Of a stretch of DNA of 64,000 bases, positions 39,317-50,805 are shown in pieces; the first letter of the stretch is position 1, and each line of letters opens with the position of its first letter. Source of the DNA: an uncultured bacterium (GTDB lineage: Bacteria > Oederibacteriota > PGYV01 > CAWJRG01). The stretch covers positions 32,001 to 96,000 of the forward strand of contig CAWJRG010000011.1 of assembly GCA_963845185.1 (NCBI GenBank), written 5' to 3'. Made by a program: the position numbers and the translations under genes. The notes under the pieces were generated by a model. The model was not told the origin of the DNA and did not search any database. It saw nothing but the letters and a program-made list of their open reading frames with translations.

Positions 39317-39842
39317 GGTTCTTGTTTTTATCTTCCAGGAATTTTTTTATTCCCTTTTTGCGCAGCTGCCTGTCTTTATTGTTGACTTTTTCAGCAAGCT
39401 CTTTTTTGAATTTTGCGAGCCTGGTTTTCATAGCCGGGTCTTTTATCGCGATTATTTCAGCCGCAAATATTGCGGCGTTAACCGCTCCCGGTTTTCCGAC
39501 AGCCATTGTTCCCACAGGTATGCCCTGCGGCATCTGCACCATTGAATACAAGGAATCAATGCCGGACAAAGCGCTGCTCATAGGCACCCCGATTACAGGT
39601 ATTGTTGTTTGCGCCGCAATAACCCCTGCTAAATGCGCAGCCCCGCCAGCAGCCGCTATAATTACATCGCATTTCTTATCTGAAACCTCTTTAAGAAAAA
39701 CTTTAACTTTATCCGGCGTCCTGTGCGCCGACGTTATACTGACAAAAGATTTAATGCCGAATTGCTCCAGTGCATCAATAGCTTCCTTCATTACAGGCAA
39801 ATCGCTGTCACTGCCCATTACCACCGCTACTTTACCAGTCAT
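39309..39842 (-). CDS. purE: N5-CAIR mutase
   Basis: MGSDSDLPVM, SAHRTP, AGGAAHLAG, SMVQMPQGIPV. Confidence 0.96.
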   Translation of the reverse strand: MTGKVAVVMGSDSDLPVMKEAIDALEQFGIKSFVSITSAHRTPDKVKVFLKEVSDKKCDVIIAAAGGAAHLAGVIAAQTTIPVIGVPMSSALSGIDSLYSMVQMPQGIPVGTMAVGKPGAVNAAIFAAEIIAIKDPAMKTRLAKFKKELAEKVNNKDRQLRKKGIKKFLEDKNKNRG

Positions 39843-39912
39843 GTAAACCTCCCAGTTTAATGTTTCCTGTTTAATGTTTGAAACTTTAAACTTTCAACTT
39901 TAATCATTGAAC

Positions 39913-41184
39913 TTATTTTAATGCTCTTTTTGCTATATCTTTGCGAAAGTGCGCTCCTTCAAAAATGATATCGTTTATATCAGTGTACACCTTGTCTATG
40001 GCCTTTTTCAAGTCTTTGTCAAGCGACACGACATTAAGCACCCTGCCGCCCGACGATATTATATCCTTGCCGTTTTCCTTTGTCCCGGCGTGAAAAACCA
40101 GCGTGTCTTTATTATTTTTGAATTTTTCAAGTCCTGTTATTACCATGCCTTTCTCATAAACACCGGGATATCCCTTCGACGCCATAACTACGCATACGGC
40201 ATATTTATCCTCTATTTCCAGTTTTTGCGTGTTTAACCCGTCTCCGGCCGCTGCCATAAAAAGGTCTATAATATCGTTTTTAAGCAAAGGCAGCACTGCC
40301 TGCGTTTCCGGGTCACCAAACCTCACGTTATATTCAAGAACCTTTGGCCCGTCTTTTGTTATCATCAACCCTGCATATAATATACCTTTGTAAATAATGC
40401 CTTCGCTCTTTAAGGCGGCAATGGTGGGTTTAAGTATTTTTCCCATTATTTCATCCGAGAGTTTTTTATCAATAACCGGTGCCGGCGCATAAGCACCCAT
40501 GCCGCCCGTGTTCGGGCCTTTATCGCCGTCAAATATTCTTTTATGGTCCTGCGCGGCCGGCAGGGGCAATACCGTCTTTGAATCAACAATGGCCAGTATG
40601 CTTGCTTCGTCGCCCTCTAAAAACTCTTCCACAATAATCCTGTTTCCCGATTTGCCGAATTCTTTTTTTTCCATTATATTCTCAATGGCCTCTATTGCTT
40701 CTTTTTCATCATTGGCTATTATCACGCCTTTTCCTGCAGCCAGGCCGTCCGCTTTTATCACAACGGGGTATTTTTTATATGATTTTATGTATTTTTTTGC
40801 TGTATCGGAAGAATCAAATTCGCCGTAATCGGCAGTGGGTATCTTATACTTTTTTAATAAATTTTTGGTAAAAACCTTGCTTCCTTCAAGCATCGATGCG
40901 CTTTTATTCGGTCCAAAAACTTTTAACCCCTGCGACTCAAAAATGTCAACAATGCCGTTTACAAGCGGTATCTCGGGTCCGACAACGGTCAGGTCTATTG
41001 ATTTCTCCTTTGCAAATTTCAACAGCCCTGCAATATCGTCTGCCGCTATATTTATATTTTCCGCCTGTTCTTTTGTGCCGGCGTTCCCAGGCGCGCAGTA
41101 TATTTTACCGGCATTTTTACTTTTCGCAGCAGCCCATACCAGCGCATGCTCCCTGCCTCCGCTTCCTATAACCAGAACTTTCAT
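39913..41184 (-). CDS. purD: Phosphoribosylamine-glycine ligase
   Basis: MKVLVIGSGGREHAL, KADGLAAGKGV, QDHKR, NTGGMGAY, RFGDPETQ. Confidence 0.96.
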   Translation of the reverse strand: MKVLVIGSGGREHALVWAAAKSKNAGKIYCAPGNAGTKEQAENINIAADDIAGLLKFAKEKSIDLTVVGPEIPLVNGIVDIFESQGLKVFGPNKSASMLEGSKVFTKNLLKKYKIPTADYGEFDSSDTAKKYIKSYKKYPVVIKADGLAAGKGVIIANDEKEAIEAIENIMEKKEFGKSGNRIIVEEFLEGDEASILAIVDSKTVLPLPAAQDHKRIFDGDKGPNTGGMGAYAPAPVIDKKLSDEIMGKILKPTIAALKSEGIIYKGILYAGLMITKDGPKVLEYNVRFGDPETQAVLPLLKNDIIDLFMAAAGDGLNTQKLEIEDKYAVCVVMASKGYPGVYEKGMVITGLEKFKNNKDTLVFHAGTKENGKDIISSGGRVLNVVSLDKDLKKAIDKVYTDINDIIFEGAHFRKDIAKRALK

Positions 41185-41256
41185 TAATAAATCCTCCGGA
41201 TACAAAGTTTCTAGTTTCTTGTTTCTATCCTTCAATCTAACATCTACTATGTAGTA

Positions 41257-43410
41257 CTAAACTCTCCAGTTGTACATATCAAACTTCTCGTCCGGCAGTT
41301 GAATAGCCACGACGCCTTTTTCCGGTATTCTTTCCATTATTTCTCCGTTTTTATAAATAAAAACCTGGAATTTTATCTCGTTGCCTGCAGCGAGTTCTCC
41401 CATGCCGGCAAAAGGTATTCTTGCCTCAAAAATGTCTGCCGCTGCGAATTTTACGGTTTGTGCGTCCATATTCTTTGCCTCTATCCCGTTTTTGTCAATA
41501 AAAAATTTTATTTCGCCGGCCCTATCGCCGTCGATAAATTTAAGCTCTATCTCGAGTTTTTCCTTTGACGCGGCGATCCTGTCTGCCGCGTCAAGCCTGA
41601 CATAAAAATTTTCCAGGTTAAATCCGTAATAAAGGTATTCAAAAAACTTTCCCGCTTTATGCATCGCGCCGCCGTCTTTTGACAGGTCATAAACGCCCGC
41701 GCCTTTCCACTCATAATAATGCGTGCGGTTGCCGTCTATTTCAGGGTAAATAAACCTTGTCGGCTTTATCTCAAAAGTCGCTCCTGCTTTTGTTATAGGC
41801 ACAAAAAGATCATCCGGTATATCACGGCCTGTCATTTTATAGACATTCATGAGATGCAGCCTGTAAAGGTTGTCAAACTCAGCGTCATTTTTCGAGGAAT
41901 GGTCGTCGCCGTACCACCAGTTCCAGTCGCTGCCTTCGGCTATATATATTTCCTCCCATGCCTTTTTCATGGTTCCATTATCTGCGTTTTTATTGGCAAG
42001 TGCCCATGAATCCAGGTCTTCCCTTGTCTTTTTTAACAATTTCCATGCTTTCCTGTCGTCTGCATGCCCTATCCAGATGGCAAAATTATGGTCAATCCAT
42101 GAGCCTGGAAAAACTTTTGTAAGTTCCGGTTTAGCCTGAATTTTTTCAACAGCCTCTTTCATTGTCACGGTCTTGAAATCCGCGTTTACGGCAAGCTTTG
42201 AGTAAAGCGCGTTTAAAAAATCCTTCCCGTCGTTTGTGTAGGATTCCCATGAATTTTCCCCGTCAAGTATGATATTTGCCGCATAATCTCCTTCAGGAAG
42301 GGAATTTTTGATTTTATAAAGTTCGGCTATGAAATGGTCGGCGGCTTCTTTATAATTCCACGAAGGATAGGTGAATCCTATAAGGTCGGAAAGGTAATGG
42401 TTCCTGAAAAACATGTTTATTGTTCCGTTTTTTGACTTATAAACATAAGGCTTGTATATCGTGTCTTTTTTTCCGTTAACATCCGTACCTGAAAGCATAA
42501 GCGACTGAAAAAGTATTTCCTCGTCCGTCGCTATCCATTTGATATTGTATTTTGCGAATATATTTATCACATCCTCGCTCACCGAACCTTCGGCCGGCCA
42601 CATCCCGAAAGGTATTTCCCCGAATTTTTCCTTGAAATACGAAACTGCCATCTGCACCTGCGCTTCTGCGTCCTCGGGCTTTGAAAACTCCACGTCCAGG
42701 TCGAGTTCCGGCATGCATGTTTTTGCTATTTTTGTGTCGTAAACAAGCGGCAGTATTGGATGGTAAAAAGGCGTGGTCGATATTTCAATCTGTCCCCTGT
42801 TCTGCGCTTCTTTGTATTTGGGTATTATCATTTTCAGTATGTCAATATGCCTGGACAGAACAATGTTTTTTTCTTCCTCCGTGTAATTTTCTTCCTTTTC
42901 CTTTATTTGTTTCAGTTCCGGGAAGATTGCCAAAAAGTCCGTATCTATCCATGCCAGGTTAAACCATACCTGCAAATCCCGTATCTCCTGCTCGGTGAAT
43001 TTCATATGCGTTTTTTTCAGTTCATCCGGATGGGAATTTTCCCCTCTTTTTTTCAGCAGGAAAGAATACCGCCTGTACGGGTAAACCATGGTTTCCCAGT
43101 TTGCCATGAAAAAATTAAAAAGTACAAACACCCTTTCATCCTCGTTTAAATCCCCTGCCTTTTTACGGGACATGTCCAAAAATATGTCGGTTGTGCCGCT
43201 TATATATTCCTCAATCTGCAAAAGCAAAGAAGGCACAAGGTTAAAATTCTGCTTAATATCCGGGTACTTGTCAAGAATTGATACCATATCATAATAATCC
43301 TTGACGCCATGCAGCCGCACCCACGGCAGTATGAATTTATTTGTTTCAACATTTTTGTAATACGGCTGGTGCATGTGCCATAAAAACGTTATATTTAAGG
43401 GGCTTTGCAT
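41257..43410 (-). CDS. GH57 glycoside hydrolase (amylopullulanase-like)
   Basis: WHMHQPYY, PWVRLH, PFYHPILP, GMWPAEGSVS, ILDGEN, AEGSDWNWW. Confidence 0.92.
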   Translation of the reverse strand: MQSPLNITFLWHMHQPYYKNVETNKFILPWVRLHGVKDYYDMVSILDKYPDIKQNFNLVPSLLLQIEEYISGTTDIFLDMSRKKAGDLNEDERVFVLFNFFMANWETMVYPYRRYSFLLKKRGENSHPDELKKTHMKFTEQEIRDLQVWFNLAWIDTDFLAIFPELKQIKEKEENYTEEEKNIVLSRHIDILKMIIPKYKEAQNRGQIEISTTPFYHPILPLVYDTKIAKTCMPELDLDVEFSKPEDAEAQVQMAVSYFKEKFGEIPFGMWPAEGSVSEDVINIFAKYNIKWIATDEEILFQSLMLSGTDVNGKKDTIYKPYVYKSKNGTINMFFRNHYLSDLIGFTYPSWNYKEAADHFIAELYKIKNSLPEGDYAANIILDGENSWESYTNDGKDFLNALYSKLAVNADFKTVTMKEAVEKIQAKPELTKVFPGSWIDHNFAIWIGHADDRKAWKLLKKTREDLDSWALANKNADNGTMKKAWEEIYIAEGSDWNWWYGDDHSSKNDAEFDNLYRLHLMNVYKMTGRDIPDDLFVPITKAGATFEIKPTRFIYPEIDGNRTHYYEWKGAGVYDLSKDGGAMHKAGKFFEYLYYGFNLENFYVRLDAADRIAASKEKLEIELKFIDGDRAGEIKFFIDKNGIEAKNMDAQTVKFAAADIFEARIPFAGMGELAAGNEIKFQVFIYKNGEIMERIPEKGVVAIQLPDEKFDMYNWRV

Positions 43411-43448
43411 TTGATTTACTCCGTTGTTTTTTGATGGCTTAAAATACG

Positions 43449-43589
43449 CCCCTTCCCCCTCGACGGGGGAAGGCCGGGATGCGGGTGATGTAGCGGCAAT
43501 ACCCGTGTGGTAATTGTCATCTTCTTCGCTGCAAAAGTTTTTACTGCTGCTTCACCCTCACCCTACCCTCTCCCGTCAAGGGAGAGGGA
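43449..43589. repeat. Inverted pair of CCCTCTCCC...GGGAGAGGG-type extragenic palindromes
   Basis: CCCCTTCCCCCTCGACGGGGGAAGGCCGGGATGCGGGTGA and TCACCCTCACCCTACCCTCTCCCGTCAAGGGAGAGGGA. Confidence 0.7.
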
Positions 43590-43637
43590 GTTACATAAAA
43601 AAAACTTCTCACACAAGATATTCAATAGAGAACCACT

Positions 43638-44825
43638 TTATATTTTCTTTTCAATCACGGATTTATAGGTATTTTCAACTTCGGTTACTATGTTTTCAAA
43701 GGAATGCTTCTGGATTTTTTCCAGGCTCCTTTTGCCCATTTTTTCCCTGAGCTTGTCGTCTTCAAGGATCCTTATGATTTTATCCCCGAGTTCCTCATAA
43801 TTTCCCGGAGTCATTAAAAAACCGTTGTCGTTTTCAGCCACAAGTTCCGGCAATGCTCCGCTGTTTGCGGCAATGCACGGCAATCCCGAACCCATTGCTT
43901 CCATTGTAACTATGCTCTGCAGCTCAGCTGTCGATGGGATGCAGAACACATGCGAGGCAGTATAAACGCTCGGAAACTCATTTTTCTGGAGAAAACCAAT
44001 ATAGGTCGTATTCGGAGCAAGACCGAGTTTTATCACCATATTCTGTATATTTTTCAGTTCCCGTCCGGCGCCTGCGAAAACCAGCTGGTAATCATGTCCC
44101 TTGTCCTTTGTGTACTTAAAAGCCTTTACAAGCACCGGCAGGCTCTTTTCCCCGCTTATCCTGCCCGTGTAAAGCACTACTTTCTTATTAGGCATCTGGT
44201 ACTTATCCGTTATTATTTTAGGGTCGTTGTTGGGGTTAAAAACCTTCAAATTAACCCCATTTGACATCGGCTTGTGTTTTGCGGTAAGCCCGTGGTCGGT
44301 TAAAAGGTTAACCGCTGTCTGCGTAGGCGAAGTTACAAAATCCAGCTTGTTGTAAAAAGCCACTATTGCTTTCCAGCCCAGATTCCTTAGAGGATAGTAT
44401 AAAAAGGCGAATTTGGCGACATGCATGAAAAAATTCTCGGGCATCAGGTGGTTTGTCCCCATTATAGGTATGCCCAGCTTCCTCGCGGCATTCAGGCACC
44501 CTATGCCTATTGAATAAGGATTGTGAACATGAATAATATCCGGCTTTAATTCCTCCAGTTTCTTTTTTATGGATTTCCCCGGAAAAACCGTTGCTTTGTA
44601 TTCCCTGAGTGTGGGAAATGTGATTGCCTTAAACCTGTATATTATGGTGCCGGTATCCTCCTGCTGGTAATCCTCAAACCTTTGCGCCGGGGCGAAAACC
44701 GATACAGTATGCCCGCGCCTCGCAAGCTCCATTGCCAGGTTATGCTCCATTACAGCGCCGCCGTCAACATTCGGCCAATACGATTCAGTACCTAATACAA
44801 TTTTCATCCTGTTATCAACCTCCAT
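43638..44825 (-). CDS. GT4 (GT-B) glycosyltransferase, glycolipid synthase-like
   Basis: ESYWPNVDG, PDIIHVH, GRISGEK, PSTAELQSIVTMEAMGSG. Confidence 0.88.
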   Translation of the reverse strand: MEVDNRMKIVLGTESYWPNVDGGAVMEHNLAMELARRGHTVSVFAPAQRFEDYQQEDTGTIIYRFKAITFPTLREYKATVFPGKSIKKKLEELKPDIIHVHNPYSIGIGCLNAARKLGIPIMGTNHLMPENFFMHVAKFAFLYYPLRNLGWKAIVAFYNKLDFVTSPTQTAVNLLTDHGLTAKHKPMSNGVNLKVFNPNNDPKIITDKYQMPNKKVVLYTGRISGEKSLPVLVKAFKYTKDKGHDYQLVFAGAGRELKNIQNMVIKLGLAPNTTYIGFLQKNEFPSVYTASHVFCIPSTAELQSIVTMEAMGSGLPCIAANSGALPELVAENDNGFLMTPGNYEELGDKIIRILEDDKLREKMGKRSLEKIQKHSFENIVTEVENTYKSVIEKKI

Positions 44826-44974
44826 TTAAAATTTGTTAATAATAAGTTATTATAATATATTTAGTGCTTGTTTTTCAAGGATTTTTATGGGGTTAAAAAT
44901 ATAACCTGGATAAATTGAATCCCCCATAGTGCCAGTTGTTTTTTACGATTTTTTGGTGCTTAAGGCAATTATTT

Positions 44975-45442
44975 TTAATTTTCCTTGCCTTGCTGTCTCG
45001 GCAGGCTCGCAATTATAGTCCAGAACTCCTTTATTGATTTTATTGTAAATATAAACTTTTCATATTCAATGGGCTTTGTTATATAGCAATTGGCATGCAT
45101 TTTATATGTTTTATCTATATCTTCCTTATAATTGGATGAAGTCAGTATTATAACCGGTATGTGCCGGAGTTTTGTGGAGCTCTTTATTTCTTCCAGAATT
45201 TCATATCCGCTTTTTTTCGGAAGCCTTAAATCAAGAAGTATTATATCAGGCAAGGCCACGCTGCCGTACCTCCCCTTTTTATACAAAAACTCCAGCGCTT
45301 CTTCCCCGTCCCTGACCGTGTTTAAGTTATATTCCATACCGCCGATTTTCACTGCCTCCTCTATCAGGCGCATGTCAGCCAGGTTGTCTTCTATGAGCAG
45401 AATCTCCAGCTTAAATGGGTCCATTTGCATATCCTTGTTCAA
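44975..45442 (-). CDS. Single-domain response regulator (Rcp1-like)
   Basis: ILLIEDN, ILLDLRLP, ILTSS, ANCYITKP. Confidence 0.92.
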   Translation of the reverse strand: MNKDMQMDPFKLEILLIEDNLADMRLIEEAVKIGGMEYNLNTVRDGEEALEFLYKKGRYGSVALPDIILLDLRLPKKSGYEILEEIKSSTKLRHIPVIILTSSNYKEDIDKTYKMHANCYITKPIEYEKFIFTIKSIKEFWTIIASLPRQQGKEN

Positions 45443-45891
45443 TCCGGAAGTTTAACAACAGAAAGCCAGAAATCTTCCACGGCCTTAACGATTTTAATAA
45501 ACTCATTAATGTTTACAGGTTTTATTATGTAACAATTCGCGTTAAGGTCATAAGATTTTAATATGTCTTTTTCGGCGCGTGATGTGGAAAGGACCACTAC
45601 CGGTATGGATTTGAGCGCTTCGTCCACTTCTTCCTGTTTTAAGTCCATTAAGAACTCAAATCCATTCCTGCGCGGCATGTTCAGGTCAAGGACTATAAGG
45701 TCGGGCTGGGGTGCGTTTTTAAATTCGCCTTCCTTTTTCAGCACCTGCATTGCTTCAACCCCGTCGCTGGCAACAACAATATCATTTTTTATTCTGCCTT
45801 CCTTGAAAACTTCAAGTATCAGCCTGACGTCGGCAGGGTTGTCCTCGACAAGAAGTATCTGGATGAATTTTTTCCCCTTTTCTTCCTCCAT
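45439..45891 (-). CDS. Single-domain response regulator (Rcp1-like)
   Basis: ILLVEDNPAD, LDLNMP, VLSTS, ANCYIIKP. Confidence 0.92.
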   Translation of the reverse strand: MEEEKGKKFIQILLVEDNPADVRLILEVFKEGRIKNDIVVASDGVEAMQVLKKEGEFKNAPQPDLIVLDLNMPRRNGFEFLMDLKQEEVDEALKSIPVVVLSTSRAEKDILKSYDLNANCYIIKPVNINEFIKIVKAVEDFWLSVVKLPD

Positions 45892-45971
45892 ATATTTTGC
45901 TCCTTATGCCTTATTTTTTAGGCCTTCCCGTATGCATTTCTATATAATGATACCACAAAATTCCTTTATTT

Positions 45972-48450
45972 TCAAGCTTTTGATTCGGCTATCTTATAAG
46001 GTATGGTAAAATAAAATATTGAGCCTTTGCCCGGCTCAGACTCAAACCATATGCGCCCACCGTGCTTTTCGACTATTTTTTTGCAAAGAACCAGCCCTAT
46101 TCCTGTGCCGGGATATTCGGTCCTCGTATGAAGCCGCTGGAAAATAACGAATATTTTATCCTTATATTTCATATCTATCCCTATTCCGTTGTCTTTTATT
46201 GAAAAAACCCATTCGTTTTTATCTTTTTCCGCTTTTATCTCTATTTCCGGCGGTTCTTTGCCCCTGAACTTAATGCTGTTGCCGATAAGATTCTGGAAAA
46301 CCTGACTCATCTGGACTTCATTTGCCGTTACTTCCGGTAATTTATCGTAAATAATTTTTGACTTGCTTTCCTCAATTGCAATTTTTAAATTATTAATCAC
46401 TCCTGATATAACATTATTAATGTCAATTTTATCCGGTTTCCCCACAACTGAATCGACTTTTGAGTAAGCAAGCAAATCGTCTATAAGCCCGGCCATCCTT
46501 TTTACGCCTTCCACGGCGAAATTGATGAAATCATCCGCGTCCTTGTCGAGTTTCCCCTTATACCTTTTTTCAATGAGCTGCACATAGCTTGTTACCATCC
46601 TGAGCGGTTCCTTTAAGTCATGCGAAGCTATCACGGCAAACCTTTCGAGTTCTTCGTTTGATTTCTGCAGCCTGCTCAAAAGGTTTCTCAGGTTTTCTTC
46701 AGCAACCTTCCTCTCTGTAATATCAGCAATAAATACATAATAATCTACAATTTTGCCGTTTTCAAATCTCGGGGAATACCTGCTGCTTATGCACCTTCTT
46801 GTATCGTCTCCCCTCACTATCCAGTATTCGAGATTTTTAGGAAGTACTTGTGTTTCGTCAATACTTTTTTTTATTTCATTTAAAACCCTTTCTTTTTCTT
46901 CGGGCGCAGCAATATCAATTTCCCTCATGTCTTTAATGTTTTCCAACGTATAACCCAAAATTTCAACTGCCCTTTCGCTTACATAATTAACCTTCTTATC
47001 CCCGATAATAATCAGGCCGTCTATCACATTATCAACTATCCTTTTGTAACGTTTCTCACTTTCTCTAATATCATTCTCCATTTCAACTCGCCTGGTAATG
47101 TCTCTTGTCAGCCACAAAAATCCCTTAAAATTACCATTATCATCCTTTAGTACCGTTACATTTGTTTCCCCTATAAAAATTTTGCCATTCTTTCGTAAAA
47201 GCCTGTACTGCAAATTATTTATAAATCCATTTCCTGAAATAATTTTCCTGATTTCATTTCTGTTTTTTCTGTCCTCAGGCACAACTAACTCTTCTATTTT
47301 TTTGCCTATTAGTTCGTCAGAATTCTCATATCCGTGAATTTCAACGGCTTTCGGCGAGGCAAATGTTATTTTTATATCCTCATCTGTCACCAGTACCGCG
47401 TCAGGCAGGGTCATGACAAGTTTCCTGTACATATTTTCCGAATTCTTAAGCGCTTCCTCTGACTTCTTTCGTTCGGTTATGTCCACTGCAAACCCGAAAC
47501 TGTATCCTTGGCCCTCAAATTCAAAATAATTTGCCGTAACTTCAACAGGGAAAAACGAGCCGTCCTTTCTCCTGTGTTCCGTGTACATGATGTGCGTGTG
47601 TTTTTCTTTTATGATATTAAATACTTCATCCCAATTTTTTGCCGCCATGCCGACATCCCCGATTTTTAATTTGAGCAACTCTTCCTTTGTGTATCCCAGC
47701 CTTTTACACTGGATATCATTCGTATAAATAATGTCACCTGCCTTATTAATAAGAAATATGCCTGCATTGGCTTTATCAACCGAAAATTGCATAAAATGCA
47801 GGTCTCTTTCGGTTCTTTTTCTGTCAGTGATATTCTCTTGCCGTAATGAGCAATACTCTTTTCCCCTTAAACTCGATAATATTAATATAAAATTCGAGGT
47901 TAAATGTGCTGCCGTCTTTTCTGGTAAGCACAGCCTCAAATTGCCTTTTATTTTCAATTAAAACTTCTTTTTTGAATGTATCTATGTCTTTATTAAGCGC
48001 AGTAACCGCAAGGTCGTCTGCCGGCATGCTTAATAATTCTTTCCTGGTGAGCCCAATCCATCTGCATGCTGTTTCATTTACTTCCAGGAACTTCGTTGGA
48101 ACACTTTCTGTGCCCAATTCGATAAGCATGATTGCCTCATTGGCATTTTCAAATAATTCCCTGTATTTTGTCTCGCTTTCGCTGAGCGCATCAAATGTCT
48201 TTTTTGTCCGGGCATTATTATTGCGGATAAGTGCATAAAGAAGGCATGCTGTAATAATAATAAAAGCCCATCCTTTAGCCATTGAAATTTTGGTGATTAC
48301 AGCAGGATCTTTTGTAATTAAAGTCAGAAGCGAATCTGAAAAGAATATCCATAAAATGCCCACAATAGCGTATATAAGGGTTATTTTGTAATGGGGCTGG
48401 GAAATTAAATCAGCGGTAATTTGTAAAAATTTTTTAAAGAATTTGTTCAT
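45972..48450 (-). pseudogene. Multi-PAS sensor histidine kinase; one apparent frameshift near 47833
   Basis: ORF 47824-48513 (2 TM plus PAS ending ITAR) continues as DITDRKRTE in ORF 45972-47957; ASHDLKEPL H-box, NLIGNSIKF, DNGIG, GTGIGL. Confidence 0.8.
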
Positions 48451-48585
48451 GTTGTGCCTTCTTCTCTGTATTCCGTCAAAATTTACCCAGGCACGTACTC
48501 TATTCGTATCCAATCGTATAATAATTATACCTTAGAATCCCCGGCTGGTAAAGGTCTTTCGTCAGGCCGTCAACTTGACAATTGT

Positions 48586-49041
48586 TTAAAAACTCTTCCC
48601 GTCCTTATTTTTAAATACTTTCTCCGCAATGAAAGGCACAAAAACTTCACCGTCATTTTCCACGGGCGAGCCGAGCTTTGCGTCTATGCCAATCTCGGTT
48701 TTTGCCCTCCAGCTTATGGAAACAGGATGCGCGAAATTTCCGCTGAACTTGTTCCTGATTTCCTTGACAATGTTAAATGGCAATATCCTCAAGAGTTCCT
48801 TGTACATATCCCCGGAAAAATCAATACTCGCTGTGTATATTTCGCCCTGAAATTCAATATCCGACGAGGTAGTAAACAGCTTATTATCCACCCATGCGAG
48901 GTTAAATATCCCAAAATTTAAAAAAATGTATTTTGCGTTTTCTCCCTGTTGTTTTAAAATATTCGACCCAAAATCCTGCTTTCCTTCTGCCATTCCAGTG
49001 TTCCCCTTGATAATGTTTATTTTGTGAAGCTGCTGCTGCAA
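48586..49041 (-). CDS. Hypothetical protein
   Basis: 151-aa ORF co-oriented with neighbours; no recognised motif; start uncertain. Confidence 0.5.
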   Translation of the reverse strand: MQQQLHKINIIKGNTGMAEGKQDFGSNILKQQGENAKYIFLNFGIFNLAWVDNKLFTTSSDIEFQGEIYTASIDFSGDMYKELLRILPFNIVKEIRNKFSGNFAHPVSISWRAKTEIGIDAKLGSPVENDGEVFVPFIAEKVFKNKDGKSF

Positions 49042-49075
49042 TAAAACAGGAATATTATTGCAGGCAAGAGTTTTT

Positions 49076-49534
49076 TCATTTAACAGCCTCTTTTTCCATA
49101 TATACGCATCCGACCTCTCCCGGGATCAGCTCTTCCTTGAATTTTTTATAACCGAGTTTCTCATACAGATGGATATTCTTTGCGCTTTTATACCCGGTGA
49201 AAAGCTCAAACCGTATTATACGGGAAAAGGATTTTTCGATTTCATTCATAAGCTGCGTGCCCAACCCTTTATTCTGCATGCCAGGTTCCACCATGAGTTT
49301 GGCCACATAAACAGTTCCGTTTACTTCATGCGCCCTTACAGACCCAATTATCCTGCCGTCCTCAACCGCTTTCAATACAATGCATTTTTCAAAATCCCTT
49401 ACAGTCTCTTCGAGCGGCATTGTGAGCGGTTGTATCGTAAAATTATTATAGAATTCGGCCTCCTGCCTGTATGCCCTTTTTTGAAGCGCGAGTATCTCTT
49501 CAGCATCGTTTGTTTCAGCTCGTATAATCTTCAT
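49076..49534 (-). CDS. GNAT-family N-acetyltransferase
   Basis: LMVEPGMQNKGLGTQLM, NIHLYEKLGY. Confidence 0.9.
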   Translation of the reverse strand: MKIIRAETNDAEEILALQKRAYRQEAEFYNNFTIQPLTMPLEETVRDFEKCIVLKAVEDGRIIGSVRAHEVNGTVYVAKLMVEPGMQNKGLGTQLMNEIEKSFSRIIRFELFTGYKSAKNIHLYEKLGYKKFKEELIPGEVGCVYMEKEAVK

Positions 49535-50410
49535 GCCCGCTCCTTAACAAAAATGTCGACGGCCCTCCGGCCTGCCGTGATTCTTTCATCGTTAAAAAAG
49601 TTCTCCTCTATCCATACGGAAAATAGTCCTCTTCTTGTCGTTTCCCGATCCGATTCTTCCCATTGATTCATCGTGTATCCTGTTGAATGTATTATTTGAT
49701 ACAATGAGGAATTTGTACATGTCCCTGGCAATATCGATGCCGCTAACTTCCTTTATTTTTTTGTCTTTGCAGAATTCATAAAAATAATTAAGGCAGTTTT
49801 TGATTGTATCCTGCAATTCTTTCTGGTGAATATTCTCAAATTCTTCCTTGCCTTGTCCGGCAGAAAAGAACCCATGAAAACCATCGTTTTCCAGTTCTTT
49901 CTTTAGCTGCAGGACTACCAGTTCAACGTCATGAAATGTCAGGTAATTCCTGCATTCCTTGTAAAGCATGCTGTTTTTTTCCATCCTGGCCGGAATCAGT
50001 TTTGCGTAATTATCTACTGCCTGGAGAATTACGCACTTTGGTTCGAGCAGCGCCTTATCCGTTTTATACCACCCGGCCAAATCATTTTTAAAACTAAAGA
50101 GCGGGCTGTTTTCACTCCGCATTCTTCCGGTTTTTACAGTGGGTTTCCCGGCAGGCAATCCATTTAACCTTGAATATACAAATATGGCAAACATACTTAA
50201 AAGATATATAACAACCAGGCATATCACGAATAATATTGCGTAAAATATCATTCCCTGGTTATCAAGGGATATTTTAAATCCGGAAGATATCCTGGAAATA
50301 GACCAGATAAAGGCAAGAAAGAGCAATACCCAAGTTATTATTCCAATACCAGCAGGAATTAATCTTATTTTTCCTCTTAATATATTTTTTGAATTTGATT
50401 TTTTAGGCAT
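49531..50410 (-). CDS. Hypothetical membrane protein (2 TM); possible frameshift near 49690
   Basis: ORF 49592-50410; alternative frame 49531-49731 ends with an ATGA overlap on the GNAT start. Confidence 0.5.
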
Positions 50411-50805
50411 TTTCCCACTTTTCTGCTTTAAACCTGTCGACGGGTTTTATAAGGTTTTGCTTTGCCTTTTCTTTGTTCATATTACTCCGTTCACTATTCG
50501 GCATTCGAATACCAAATACTTATAAAATATACTCCTATAAGCAGTCTTATTCAAGATTATTTTGTTCCACCTCAGGATATACCCGGGGTTCTCGCGGAGT
50601 GGTATTAATGAATTACGAACATCGTGCCTGTTTTTAATATGTCTTTGGAACCTCATTTAATTATATAATAATGCACTCCCGGCGATATCGGGTTTCCGAA
50701 TGAATTTTTCCCCTTTCAATATACATCCAGTGTTTGCGTTGCCCCTACAATGACGGATCGACCGAATAAACGATATAATGGATGCCGTGAACTAGCAAAG
50801 CAGGA

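Noticed and set aside
50403..50480. 25-codon ORF MNKEKAKQNLIKPVDRFKAEKWENA with a GGAG RBS
   Set aside because: Too short to assign; it may be a gene remnant or a frameshifted start of the next ORF.
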